DNA of 64,000 nt from Eledone cirrhosa (lineage: Eukaryota). Each line of letters opens with the position of its first letter. The stretch's first letter is position 1. The notes beneath the pieces are model-generated. The model did not search any database and had not been told where the DNA came from. It worked only from the letters and a program-made list of their open reading frames with translations. The stretch is from the NCBI GenBank assembly GCA_964016885.1, contig OZ024742.1, forward strand, positions 372,992,001-373,056,000, read 5' to 3'. The position numbers were made by a program, and so were the translations under genes. This document shows positions 44,401 to 58,900 of this stretch, piece by piece.

Positions 44401-47084
44401 TTCTATATAAACTGTAAATCTCTTTCTATATAAACTGTAAATTTCATTCTATAAACTGTAAATCTCTTTCTATATCAACTGTAAATCTCATTCTATATAA
44501 GCTGTAAATCTCATTCTATTAACTGTAAATCTCTTTCTATATAAACTGTAAATCTCATTCTATATGAACTGTATATATCATTCTATAAACTGTAAATCTC
44601 AGTCTATAAACTGTAAATATATTTCTATATAAACTGTAAATCTCCTTCTATATGAACTGTAAATCTCTTTCTATATAATCTGTAAATCTCATTCGATAAA
44701 CTGTAAATCTCTTTTTATATAAACAGTAAATCTCATTCTATATAAACTGTAAATCTCATTCTATGAACTGTAAATCTCTTTCTATATAAACTGTAAATCT
44801 CATTCTATATAAAATGTAAATCTCATTCTATAAACTGTAAATCTCTTTCTATAAAAACTGTAAATCTCATTCTATATAAACTGCAAATCTCTTTCTATAT
44901 AAACTGTAAATTTCATTCTATAAACTGTAAATCTCCTTCTATATAGATTGTAAATCTCATTCTATATACACTGTAAATCTATTTCTATATAAACTGTAAA
45001 TCTCAGTCTATATAAACTGTAAATCTCATTCTATAAACTGTAAATCTCTTTCTAAATAAACTGTAAATCTCATTCTATATAAGCTGTAAATCTCATTCTA
45101 TAAACTGTACATCTCTTTCTATATAAACTGTAAATCCCATTCTATATAAACTGTATATATCATTGTATAAACTGTAAATCTCATTCTATAAACTGTAAAT
45201 CTCTTTCTATATAAACTGTAAATCTCATTCTATATAAACTGTAAATCTAATTCTATATTAACTGTAAATCTGATTCTATAAACTGTAAATCTCTTTCCAT
45301 ATAAACTGTAAATCTCACTCTATATAAACTGTAAATCTCTTTCTATATAAACTGTAAATCTCGTTCTATATAAGCTGTAAATCTCATTCTATAAACTGTA
45401 AATCTCTTTCTATATAAACTGTAAATCCCATTCTATATAAACTGTATATATCATTCTATAAACTGTAAATCACGTTCTATAAACTGTAAATCTCTTTCCA
45501 TATGAACTGTAAATCTCATTCTATATAAATTGTAAATCTCATTCTATAAACTGTGAATCTCATTCTATATAAACTGTAAATCTCATTCTATAAACTGTAA
45601 ATCTCATTCTATGAACTGTAAATCTCTTTCTATATAAACTGTAAATCTCATTCTATATAAACTGTAAATCTCATTCTATAAACTGTAAATCTCTTTCTGT
45701 ATAAACTGTAAATCTCATTCTATATAAACTGTAAATCTCTTTCTATATAAACTGTAAATTTCATTCTATAAACTGTAAATCTCTTTCTATATAAACTGTA
45801 AATCTCATTCTATATAAACTGTAAGTCTCTTTCCATATAAACTGTAAATCTCATTCTATATAAGCTGTAAATCTCATTCTATAAACTGTACATCTCTTTC
45901 TATATAAACTGTAAATCCCATTCTATATAAACTGTATATATCATTCTATAAACTGTAAATCTCATTCTATAAACTGTAAATCTCTTTCTATATAAACTGT
46001 AAATCTCATTCTATATATACTGTAAATCTCATTCTATAAACTGTAAATCTCTTTCTATATAAACTGTAAATCTCATTCTATATAAGCTGTAAATCTCATT
46101 CTATTAACTGTAAATCTCATTCTATATAAACTGTAAATCTCATTCTATATAAACTGTATATATCATTCTATAAACTGTAAATCTCAGTCTATAAACTGTA
46201 ACTCTCTTTCTATATAAACTGTAAATCTCTTTCTATATGAACTGTAAATCTCTTTCTATATAAACTGTAAATCTCATTCTATATAAGCTGTAAATCTCAT
46301 TCTATGAACTGTAAATCTCTTTCTATATAAACTGTAAATCTCATTCTATATAAACTGTAAATCTCATTCTATAAACTGTAAATCTCTTTCTATATAAACT
46401 GTAAATCTCATTCTATATAAACTGTAAATCTCTTTCTAAATAAACTGTAAATTTCATTCTATAAACTGTAAATCTCTTTCTATATAAACTGTAAATCTCA
46501 TTCTATATAAACTGTAAATCTCTTTCTATATAAACTGTAAATCTCATTCTATATAAACTGTGAATCTCATTCTATATAAACTGTAAATCTCATTCTATGT
46601 AAACTGTGAATCTCATTCTATATAAACTGTATATCTCATTCTATATAAACTGTAAATCTCATTCGATAAACTGTAAATCTCTTTTTATATAAACTGTAAA
46701 TCTCATTCTATATAACCTGGAAATCTCTTTCTATAAACTGGAAATCTCATTCTATGAACTGTAAATCTCTTTCTATATAAACTGTAAATCTCATTCTATA
46801 TAAACTGTAAATCTCATTCTATAAACTGTAAATCTCCTTCTATATAAACTGTAAATCTCATTCTACATAAACTGTAAATCTCTTTCTATATAAACTGTAA
46901 ATCTCATTCTACATAAACTGTAAATCTCATTCTATATAAACTGTAAATCTCTTTCTAAATAAACTGTAAATCTCATTCTATATAAACTGTGAATCTCATT
47001 TTATATAAACTGTGAATCTCATTCTATATAACCTGTAAATCTCTTTCTATATAAACTGTAAATCTCTTGCTATAAACTGTAAAT
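41435..47084. repeat. 2843-bp near-perfect tandem duplication (~41435-44241 and ~44278-47084)
   Basis: AAACAGT 41882/44725, TAGATTG 42103/44946, CTAATT 42406/45249, CACGTT 42629/45472 and CTTGCT 44226/47069 all sit at offset 2843. Confidence 0.92.
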
Positions 47085-47579
47085 ATCATTCTATATAACC
47101 TGTAAATCTCTTTCTATATAAACTCTGAATCTGATTCTATATAAACTGTAACTCTCATTTTATATCAACTGTGAATCTCATTCTATATAAACTGTATATC
47201 TCATTCTATATAAACTGTAAATCTCATTCGATAAACTGTAAATCTCTTTATATATAAACTGTAAATCTCATTCTATATAAACTGAAAATCTCTTTCTATA
47301 TAAACTGTAAATCTCATTCTATATAAACTGTAAATCTCATTCTATAAACTGTAAATCTCTTTCTATCTAAACTGTAAATCTCATTCTACATAAACTGTAA
47401 ATCTCTTTCTATATAAACTGTAAATCTCATTCTATATAAACTGTCAATCTCATTCTATATAAACTGTAAATCTCTTTCTAAATAAACTGTAAATCTCATT
47501 CTATATAAACTGTGAATCTCATTCTATATAAACTGTAAATCTCACTCTATATAAACTGTAAATCTCATTTGATAAACTG

Positions 47580-50500
47580 TAAATCTCTTTTTATATAAAC
47601 TGTAAATCTCATTCTATATAAACTGGAAATCTCTTTCTATAAACTGTAAATCTCTTTCTATATAAACTGTAAATCTCATTCTATATAAACTATAAATCTC
47701 ATTCTATAAACTGTAAATCTCTTTCTATATAAACTGTAAATCTCATTCTATATAAACTGTAAATCTCTTTCTATATAAACTGTAAATCTCATTCTATATA
47801 AACTGTAAATCTCATTCTATATAAACTGTGAATCTCATTCTATATAAACTGTATATCCCATTCTATATAAACTGTAAATCTCATTCGATAAACTGTAAAT
47901 CTCTTTTTATATAAACTGTAAATCTCATTCTATATAACCTGGAAATCTCTTTCTATAAACTGGAAATCTCATTCTATGAACTGTAAATCTCTTTCTATAT
48001 AAACTGTAAATCTCATTCTATATAAACTGTAAATCTCATTCTATAAACTGTAAATCTCCTTCTATATAAACTGTAAATCTCATTCTACATAAACTGTAAA
48101 TCTCTTTCTATATAAACTGTAAATCCCATTCTATAAACTGTAAATCTCTTTCTATATAAACTGTAAATCTCATTCTACATAAACTGTAAATCTCATTCTA
48201 TGTAAACTGTAAATCTCATTCTATATAAACTGTAAATCTCTTTCTAAATAAACTGTAAATCTCATTCTATATAAACTGTGAATCTCATTCTATGAACTGT
48301 AAATCTCTTTCTATATAAACTGTAAATCTCATTCTATATAAACTGTAAATCTCTTTCTATATAAACTGTAAATTTCATTCTATAAACTGTAAATCTCTTT
48401 CTATATAAACTGTAAATCTCATTCTATATAAACTGTAAATCTCTTTCTATATAAACTGTAAATCTCATTCTATATAAACTGTGAATCTCATTCTATATAA
48501 ACTGTAAATCTCTTTCTATATCAAATGTAAATCTCATTCTATATAAACTCTAAATCTCATTCTATATAAGCTGTAAATCTCATTCTATTAACTGTAAATC
48601 TCTTTCTATATAAACTGTAAATCTCATTCTATATAAACTGTATATATCATTCTATAAACTGTAAATCTCAGTCTATAAACTGTAAATCTCATTCTATATA
48701 AACTGTGAATCTCATTCTATATAAACTGTAAATCTCTTTCTATATCAAATGTAAATCTCATTCTATATAAACTGTAAATCTCATTCTATATAAACTGTAA
48801 ATCTCATTATATAAACTGTAAATCTCTTTCTATATAAACTGTAAATCTCATTCTATATAAGCTGTAAATCTCATTCTATTAACTGTAAATCTCTTTCTAT
48901 ATAAACTGTAAATCTCATTCTATATAAACTGTATATATCATTCAATAAACTGTAAATCTCAGTCTATAAACTGTAAATCTCTTTCTATATAAACTGTAAA
49001 TCTCATTCTATAAACTGTAAATCTCTTTCTATATAAACTGTAAATCTCCTTCTATATAAGCTGTAAATCTCATTCTATTAACTGTAAATCTCTTTCTATA
49101 TAAACTGTAAACCTCATTCTATATAAACTGTATATATCATTCTATAAACTGTAAATCTCAGTCTATAAACTGTAAATCTCTTTCTATATAAACTGTAAAT
49201 CTCCTTCTATATGAACTGTAAATCTCTTTCTATATAAACTGTAAATCTCATTCTATAAACTGTAAATCTCTTTCTATATAAACTGTAAATCTCATTCTAT
49301 ATAAACTGTAAATCTCTTTCTATATAAACTGTAAATCTCATTCTATATAAACTGTAAATCTCATTCTATATAAACTGTGAATCTCATTCTATATAAACTG
49401 TATATCTCATTCTATATAAACTGTAAATCTCATTCGATAAACTGTAAATCTCTTTTTATATAAACTGTAAATCTCATTCTATATAACCTGGAAATCTCTT
49501 TCTATAAACTGGAAATCTCATTCTATGAACTGTAAATCTCTTTCTATATAAACTGTAAATCTCATTCTATATAAACTGTAAATCTCATTCTATAAACTGT
49601 AAATCTCCTTCTATATTAACTGTAAATCTCATTCTACATAAACTGTAAATCTCTTTCTATATAAACTGTAAATCTCATTCTATAAACTGTAAATCTCTTT
49701 CTATATAAACTGTAAATCTCATTCTACATAAACTGTAAATCTCATTCTATATAAACTGTAAATCTCATTCTATATAAACTGTAAATCTCTTTCTAAATAA
49801 ACTGTAAATCTCATTCTATATAAACTGTGAATCTCATTCTATATAAACTGTAAATCTCACTCTATATAAACTGTAAATCTCATTCGATAAACTGTAAATC
49901 TCTTTTTATATAAACTGTAAATCTCATTCTATATAAACTGTAAATCTCATTCTATAAACTGTAAATCTCTTTCTATATAAACTGTGAATCTCATTCTATA
50001 AACTCTAAATCTCATTCTATATAAACTGTAAATCTCATTCTATAAACTGTAACTCTCTTTCTATATAAACTGTAAATCTCATTCTGTATAAGCTGTAAAT
50101 CTCATTCTATTAACTGTAAATCTCATTCTATATAAACTGTAAATCTCATTCTATATAAACTGTATATATCATTCTATAAACTGTAAATCTCAGTCTATAA
50201 ACTGTAAATCTCTTTCTATATAAACTGTAAATCTCTTTCTATATGAACTGTAAATCTCTTTCTATATAAACTGTAAATCTTATTCTATATAAGCTGTAAA
50301 TCTCATTCTATGAACTGTAAATCTCTTTCTATATAAACTGTAAATCTAATTATATATAAACTGTAAATCTCTTTCTATATAAACTGTAAATTTCATTCTA
50401 TAAACTGTAAATCTCTTTCTATATAAACTGTAAATCTCATTCTATATAAACTGTAAATCTCTTTCCATATAAACTGTAAATCTCATTCTATATAAACTGT

Positions 50501-53500
50501 GAATCTCATTCTATATAAACTGTAAATCTCTTTCTATATCAAATGTAAATCTCATTCTATATAAACTGTAAATCTCATTCTATATAAACTGTAAATCTCA
50601 TTCTATAAACTGTAAATCTCTTTCTATATAAACTGTAAATCTCATTCTATAGAAGCTGTAAATCTCATTCTATTAACTGTAAATCTCTTTCTATATAAAC
50701 TGTAAATCTCGTTCTATTAACTGTAAATCTCTTTCTATATAAACTGTAAATCTCAGTCTATAAACTGTAAATCTCTTTCTATATAAACTGTAAATCTCTT
50801 TCTATATGAACTGTAAATCTCTTTCTATATAAACTGTAAATCTCATTCTATATCAGCTGTAAATCTCATTCTGTGAACTGTAAATCTCTTTCTATATAAA
50901 CTGTAAATCTCATTCTGCATAAACTGTAAATCTCATTCTATAAACTGTAAATCTCTTTCTATATAAACTGTAAATCTCATTCTATATAAACTGTATATAT
51001 CATTCTATAAACTGTAAATCTCAGTCTATAAACTGTAAATCTCTTTCTATATAAACTGTAAATCTCTTTCTATATGAACTGTAAATCTCTTTCTATATAA
51101 ACTGTAAATCTCATTCTATATAAGCTGTAAATCTCATTCTATGAACTGTAAATCTCTTTCTATATAAACTGTAAATCTCATTCTACATAAACTGTAAATC
51201 TCATTCTATAAACTGTAAATCTCTTTCTATATGAACTGTAAATCTCATTCTATATAAACTGTAAATCTCTTTCTATATAAACTGTAAATTTCATTCTATA
51301 AACTGTAAATCTCTTTCTATATAAACTGTAAATCTCATTCTATATAAACTGTAAATCTCTTTTTATATAAACTGTAAATCTCATTCTATATAAACTGGAA
51401 ATCTCTTTCTATAAACTGTAAATCTCTTTCTATATAAACTGTAAATCTCATTCTATATAAACTATAAATCTCATTCTATAAACTGTAAATCTCTTTCTAT
51501 ATAAACTGTAAATCTCATTCTATATAAACTGTAAATCTCTTTCTATATAAACTGTAAATCTCATTCTATATAAACTGTAAATCTCATTCTATATAAACTG
51601 TGAATCTCATTCTATATAAACTGTATATCTCATTCTATATAAACTGTAAATCTCATTCGATAAACTGTAAATCTCTTTTTATATAAACTGTAAATCTCAT
51701 TCTATATAACCTGGAAATCTCTTTCTATAAACTGGAAATCTCATTCTATGAACTGTAAATCTCTTTCTATATAAACTGTAAATCTCATTCTATATAAACT
51801 GTAAATCTCATTCTATAAACTGTAAATCTCCTTCTATATAAACTGTAAATCTCATTCTACATAAACTGTAAATCTCTTTCTATATAAACTGTAAATCCCA
51901 TTCTATAAACTGTAAATCTCTTTCTACATAAACTGTAAATCTCATTCTATGTAAACTGTAAATCTCATTCTATATAAACTGTAAATCTCTTTCTAAATAA
52001 ACTGTAAATCTCATTCTATATAAACTGTGAATCTCATTCTATGAACTGTAAATCTCTTTCTATATAAACTGTAAATCTCATTCTATATAAACTGTAAATC
52101 TCTTTCTATATAAACTGTAAATTTCATTCTATAAACTGTAAATCTCTTTCTATATAAACTGTAAATCTCATTCTATATAAACTGTAAATCTCTTTCTATA
52201 TAAACTGTAAATCTCATTCTATATAAACTGTGAATCTCATTCTATATAAACTGTAAATCTCTTTCTATATCAAATGTAAATCTCATTCTATATAAACTGT
52301 AAATCTCATTCTATATAAGCTGTAAATCTCATTCTATTAACTGTAAATCTCTTTCTATATAAACTGTAAATCTCATTCTATATAAACTGTATATATCATT
52401 CTATAAACTGTAAATCTCAGTCTATAAACTGTAAATCTCATTCTATATAAACTGTGAATCTCATTCTATATAAACTGTAAATCTCATTCTATATAAACTG
52501 TAAATCTCTTTCTATATAAACTGTAAATCTGATTCTATATAAACTGTGAATCTCATTCTATATAAACTGTAAATCTCTTTCTATATCAAATGTAAATCTC
52601 TTTCTATATAAACTGTAAATCTCATTCTATATAAGCTGTAAATCTCATTCTATTAACTGTAAATCTCTTTCTATATAAACTGTAAATCTCATTCTATATA
52701 AACTGTATATATCATTCAATAAACTGTAAATCTCAGTCTATAAACTGTAAATCTCTTTCTATATAAACTGTAAATCTCATTCTATAAACTGTAAATCTCT
52801 TTCTATATCAACTGTAAATCTCCTTCTATATAAGCTGTAAATCTCATTCTATTAACTGTAAATCTCTTTCTATATAAACTGTAAACCTCATTCTATATAA
52901 ACTGTATATATCATTCTATAAACTGTAAATCTCAGTCTATAAACTGTAAATCTCTTTCTATATAAACTGTAAATCTCCTTCTATATGAACTGTAAATCTC
53001 TTTCTATATAAACTGTAAATCTCATTCTATAAACTGTAAATCTCTTTCTATATAAACTGTAAATCTCATTCTATATAAACTGTAAATCTCTTTCTATATA
53101 AACTGTAAATCTCATTCTATATAAACTGTAAATCTCATTCTATATAAACTGTGAATCTCATTCTATATAAACTGTATATCTCATTCTATATAAACTGTAA
53201 ATCTCATTCGATAAACTGTAAATCTCTTTTTATATAAACTGTAAATCTCATTCTATATAACCTGGAAATCTCTTTCTATAAACTGTAAATCTCATTCTAT
53301 GAACTGTAAATCTCTTTCTATATAAACTGTAAATCTCTTTCTATATAAACTGTAAATCTCATTCTATAAACTGTAAATCTCTTTCTATATAAACTGTAAA
53401 TCTCATTCTACATAAACTGTAAATCTCATTCTATATAAACTGTAAATCTCATTCTATATAAACTGTAAATCTCTTTCTAAATAAACTGTAAATCTCATTC

Positions 53501-55130
53501 TATATAAACTGTGAATCTCATTCTATATAAACTGTAAATCTCACTCTATATAAACTGTAAATCTCATTCGATAAACTGTAAATCTCTTTTTATATAAACT
53601 GTAAATCTCATTCTATATAAACTGTAAATCTCATTCTATAAACTGTAAATCTCTTTCTATATAAACTGTGAATCTCATTCTATAAACTCTAAATCTCATT
53701 CTATATAAACTGTAAATCTCATTCTATAAACTGTAACTCTCTTTCTATATAAACTGTAAATCTCATTCTGTATAAGCTGTAAATCTCATTCTATTAACTG
53801 TAAATCTCATTCTATATAAACTGTAAATCTCATTCTATATAAACTGTATATATCATTCTATAAACTGTAAATCTCAGTCTATAAACTGTAAATCTCTTTC
53901 TATATAAACTGTAAATCTCTTTCTATATGAACTGTAAATCTCTTTCTATATAAACTGTAAATCTTATTCTATATAAGCTGTAAATCTCATTCTATGAACT
54001 GTAAATCTCTATCCTATATAAACTGTAAATCTCATTCTATATAAACTGTAAATCTCATTCTATGAACTGTAAATCTCTTTCTATATAAACTGTAAATCTC
54101 ATTATATATAAACTGTAAATCTCTTTCTATATAAACTGTAAATTTCATTCTATAAACTGTAAATCTCTTTCTATATAAACTGTAAATCTCATTCTATATA
54201 AACTGTAAATCTCTTTCCATATAAACTGTAAATCTCATTCTATATAAACTGTGAATCTCATTCTATATAAACTGTAAATCTCTTTCTATATCAAATGTAA
54301 ATCTCATTCTATATAAACTGTAAATCTCATTCTATATAAACTGTAAATCTCATTCTATAAACTGTAAATCTCTTTCTATATAAACTGTAAATCTCATTCT
54401 ATAGAAGCTGTAAATCTCATTCTATTAACTGTAAATCTCTTTCTATATAAACTGTAAATCTCATTCTATTAACTGTAAATCTCTTTCTATATAAACTGTA
54501 AATCTCAGTCTATAAACTGTAAATCTCTTTCTATATAAACTGTAAATCTCTTTCTATATGAACTGTAAATCTCTTTCTATATAAACTGTAAATCTCATTC
54601 TATATAAGCTGTAAATCTCATTCTGTGAACTGTAAATCTCTTTCTATATAAACTGTAAATCTCATTCTGCATAAACTGTAAATCTCATTCTATAAACTGT
54701 AAATCTCTTTCTATATAAACTGTAAATCTCATTCTATATAAACTGTATATATCATTCTATAAACTGTAAATCTCAGTCTATAAACTGTAAATCTCTTTCT
54801 ATATAAACTGTAAATCTCTTTCTATATGAACTGTAAATCTCTTTCTATATAAACTGTAAATCTCATTCTATATAAGCTGTAAATCTCATTCTATGAACTG
54901 TAAATCTCTTTCTATATAAACTGTAAATCTCATTCTACATAAACTGTAAATCTCATTCTATAAACTGTAAATCTCTTTCTATATAAACTGTAAATCTCAT
55001 TCTATATAAACTGTAAATCTCTTTCTATATAAACTGTAAATTTCATTCTATAAACTGTAAATCTCTTTCTATATAAACTGTAAATCTCATTCTATATAAA
55101 CTGTAAATCTCTTTCTATATAAACTGTAAA
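47580..55130. repeat. Approx. 3.7-3.8-kb imperfect tandem duplication (~47580-51350 and ~51350-55130)
   Basis: AATCCCATT 48126/51898 (3772), TTCAATAAAC 48944/52718 and AAACCTC 49112/52886 (3774), CTGTATAAGC 50086/53770 (3684), CTGCAT 50917/54669 (3752). Confidence 0.8.
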
Positions 55131-55974
55131 TCTCATTCTATATAAACTGTAAATCTCATTCTATGAACTGTAAATCTCTTTCTATATAAACTGTAAATCT
55201 CATTCTATATAAACTGTAAATCTCATTCTATAAACTGTAAATCTCTTTCTATATAAACTGTAAATCTCATTCTATATAAGCTGTAAATCTCATTCTGTTA
55301 ACTGTAAATCTCATTCTATATAAACTGTAAATCTCATTCTATATAAACTGTATATATCATTCTATAAACTGTAAATCTCAGTCTATAAACTGTAAATCTC
55401 TTTCTATATAAACTGTAAATTTCTTTCTATATGAACTGTAAATCTCTTTCTATATAAACTGTAAATCTTATTCTATATAAGCTGTAAATCTCATTCTATG
55501 AACTGTAAATCTCTTTCTATATAAACTGTAAATCTCATTCTATATAAACTGTAAATCTCATTCTATGAACTGTAAATCTCTTTCTATATAAACTGTAAAT
55601 CTCATTATATATAAACTGTAAATCTCTTTCTATATAAACTGTAAATTTCATTCTATAAACTGTAAATCTCTTTCTATATAAACTGTAAATCTCATTCTAT
55701 ATAAACTGTAAATCTCTTTCTATATAAACTGTAAATCTCATTCTATATAAACTGTGAATCTCATTCTATATAAACTGTAAATCTCTTTCTATATCAAATG
55801 TAAATCTCATTCTATATAAACTGTAAATCTCATTCTATATAAACTGTAAATCTCATTCTATAAACTGTAAATCTCTTTCTATATAAACTGTAAATCTCAT
55901 TCTATAGAAGCTGTAAATCTCATTCTATTAACTGTAAATCTCTTTCTATATAAACTGTAAATCTCATTCTATTA

Positions 55975-58900
55975 ACTGTAAATCTCTTTCTATATAAACT
56001 GTAAATCTCAGTCTATAAACTGTAAATCTCTTTCTATATAAACTGTAAATCTCTTTCTATATGAACTGTAAATCTCTTTCTATATAAACTGTAAACCTCA
56101 TTCTATATAAGCTGTAAATCTCATTCTGTGAACTGTAAATCTCTTTCTATATAAACTGTAAATCTCATTCTGCATAAACTGTAAATCTCATTCTATAAAC
56201 TGTAAATCTCTTTCTATATAAACTGTAAATCTCATTCTATATAAACTGTATATATCATTCTATAAACTGTAAATCTCAGTCTATAAACTGTAAATCTCTT
56301 TCTATATAAACTGTAAATCTCTTTCTATATGAACTGTAAATCTCTTTCTATATAAACTGTAAATCTCATTCTATATAAGCTGTAAATCTCATTCTATGAA
56401 CTGTAAATCTCTTTCTATATAAACTGTAAATCTCATTCTACATAAACTGTAAATCTCATTCTATAAACTGTAAATCTCTTTCTATATAAACTGTAAATCT
56501 CATTCTATATAAACTGTAAATCTCTTTCTATATAAACTGTAAATTTCATTCTATAAACTGTAAATCTCTTTCTATATAAACTGTAAATCTCATTCTATAT
56601 AAACTGTAAATCTCTTTCTATATAAACTGTAAATCTCATTCTATATAAACTGTGAATCTCATTCTATATAAACTGTAAATCTCTTTCTATATAAACTGTA
56701 AATCTCATTCTATATAAACTGTAAATCTCATTCTATAAACTGTAAATCTCTTTCTATATAACCTGTAAATCTCTTTCTATATAAACTGTAAATCTCTTAC
56801 TATAAACTGTAAAGATCATTCTATATAACCTGTAAATCTCTTTCTATATAAACTCTGAATCTGATTCTATATAAACTGTAACTCTCGTTTTATATAAACT
56901 GTGAATCTCATTCTATATAAACTGTATATCTCATTCTATATAAACTGTAAATCTCATTTGATAAACTGTAAATCTCTTTATATATAAACTGTAAATCTCA
57001 TTCTATATAAACTGAAAATCTCTTTCTATATAAACTGTAAATCTCATTCTATATAAACTGTAAATCTCATTCTATAAACTGTAAATCTCTTTCTATCTAA
57101 ACTGTAAATCTCATTCTACATAAACTGTAAATCTCTTTCTATATAAACTGTAAATCTCATTCTATATAAACTGTCAATCTCATTCTATATAAACTGTAAA
57201 TCTATTTCTAAATAAACTGTAAATCTCATTCTATATAAACTGTGAATCTCATTCTATATAAACTGTAAATCTCACTCTATATAAACTGTAAATCTCATTC
57301 TATGTAAACTGTAAATCTCATTCTATGTAAACTGTAAATCTCATTCTATATAAACTGTAAATCTCTTTCTATCTAAACTGTAAATCTCTTTTTATATAAA
57401 CTGTAAATCTCATTCTATATAAACTGGAAATCTCTTTCTATAAACTGTAAATCTCATTCTATAAACTGTAAATCTCTTTCTATATAAACTGTAAATCTCA
57501 TTCTATATAAACTGTAAATCTCTTTCTATATAAACTGTAAATCTCATTCTATATAAACTGTAAATCTCATTCTATATAAACTGTGAATCTCATTCTATAT
57601 AAACTGTATATCTCATTCTATATAAACTGTAAATCTCATTCGATAAACTGTTAATCTCTTTTTATATAAACTGTAAATCTCATTCTATATAACCTGGAAA
57701 TCTCTTTCTATAAACTGGAAATCTCATTCTATGAACTGTAAATCTCTTTCTATATGAACTGTAAATCTCATTCTATATAAACTGTAAATCTCATTCTATA
57801 AACTGTAAATCTCCTTCTATATTAACTGTAAATCTCATTCTACATAAACTGTAAATCTCATTCTATATAAACTGTAAATCTCATTCTATATAAACTGTAA
57901 ATCTCTTTCTAAATAAACTGTAAATCTCATTCTATATAAACTGTGAATCTCATTCTATATAAACTGTAAATCTCACTCTATATAAACTGTAAATCTCATT
58001 CGATAAACTGTAAATCTCTTTTTATATAAACTGTAAATCTCATTGTATATAAACTGTAAATCTCATTCTATAAACTGTAAATCTCTTTCTATATAAACTG
58101 TGAATCTCATTCTATAAACTCTAAATCTCATTCTATATAAACTGTAAATCTCATTCTATAAACTGTAAATCTCTTTCTATATAAACTGTAAATCTCATTC
58201 TGTATAAGCTGTAAATCTCATTCTATTAACTGTAAATCTCATTCTATATAAACTGTAAATCTCATTCTATATAAACTGTATATATCATTCTATAAACTGT
58301 AAATCTCAGTCTATAAACTGTAAATCTCTTTCTATATAAACTGTAAATCTCTTTCTATATGAACTGTAAATCTCTTTCTATATAAACTGTAAATCTTATT
58401 CTATATAAGCTGTAAATCTCATTCTATGAACTGTAAATCTCTATCCTATATAAACTGTAAATCTCATTCTATATAAACTGTAAATCTCATTCTATGAACT
58501 GTAAATCTCTTTCTATATAAACTGTAAATCTCATTATATATAAACTGTAAATCTCTTTCTATATAAACTGTAAATTTCATTCTATAAACTGTAAATCTCT
58601 TTCTATATAAACTGTAAATCTCAGTCTATAAACTGTAAATCTCTTTCTATATAAACTGTAAATCTCTTTCTATATGAACTGTAAATCTCTTTCTATATAA
58701 ACTGTAAACCTCATTCTATATAAGCTGTAAATCTCATTCTGTGAACTGTAAATCTCTTTCTATATAAACTGTAAATCTCATTCTGCATAAACTGTAAATC
58801 TCATTCTATAAACTGTAAATCTCTTTCTATATAAACTGTAAATCTCATTCTATATAAACTGTATATATCATTCTATAAACTGTAAATCTCAGTCTATAAA

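Noticed and set aside
48935-48950. TTCAAT as CpG-to-CpA decay of TTCGAT
   Set aside because: It lies in a TATATATCATTC monomer whose paralogs read TTCTAT, so it is more simply a T>A change.
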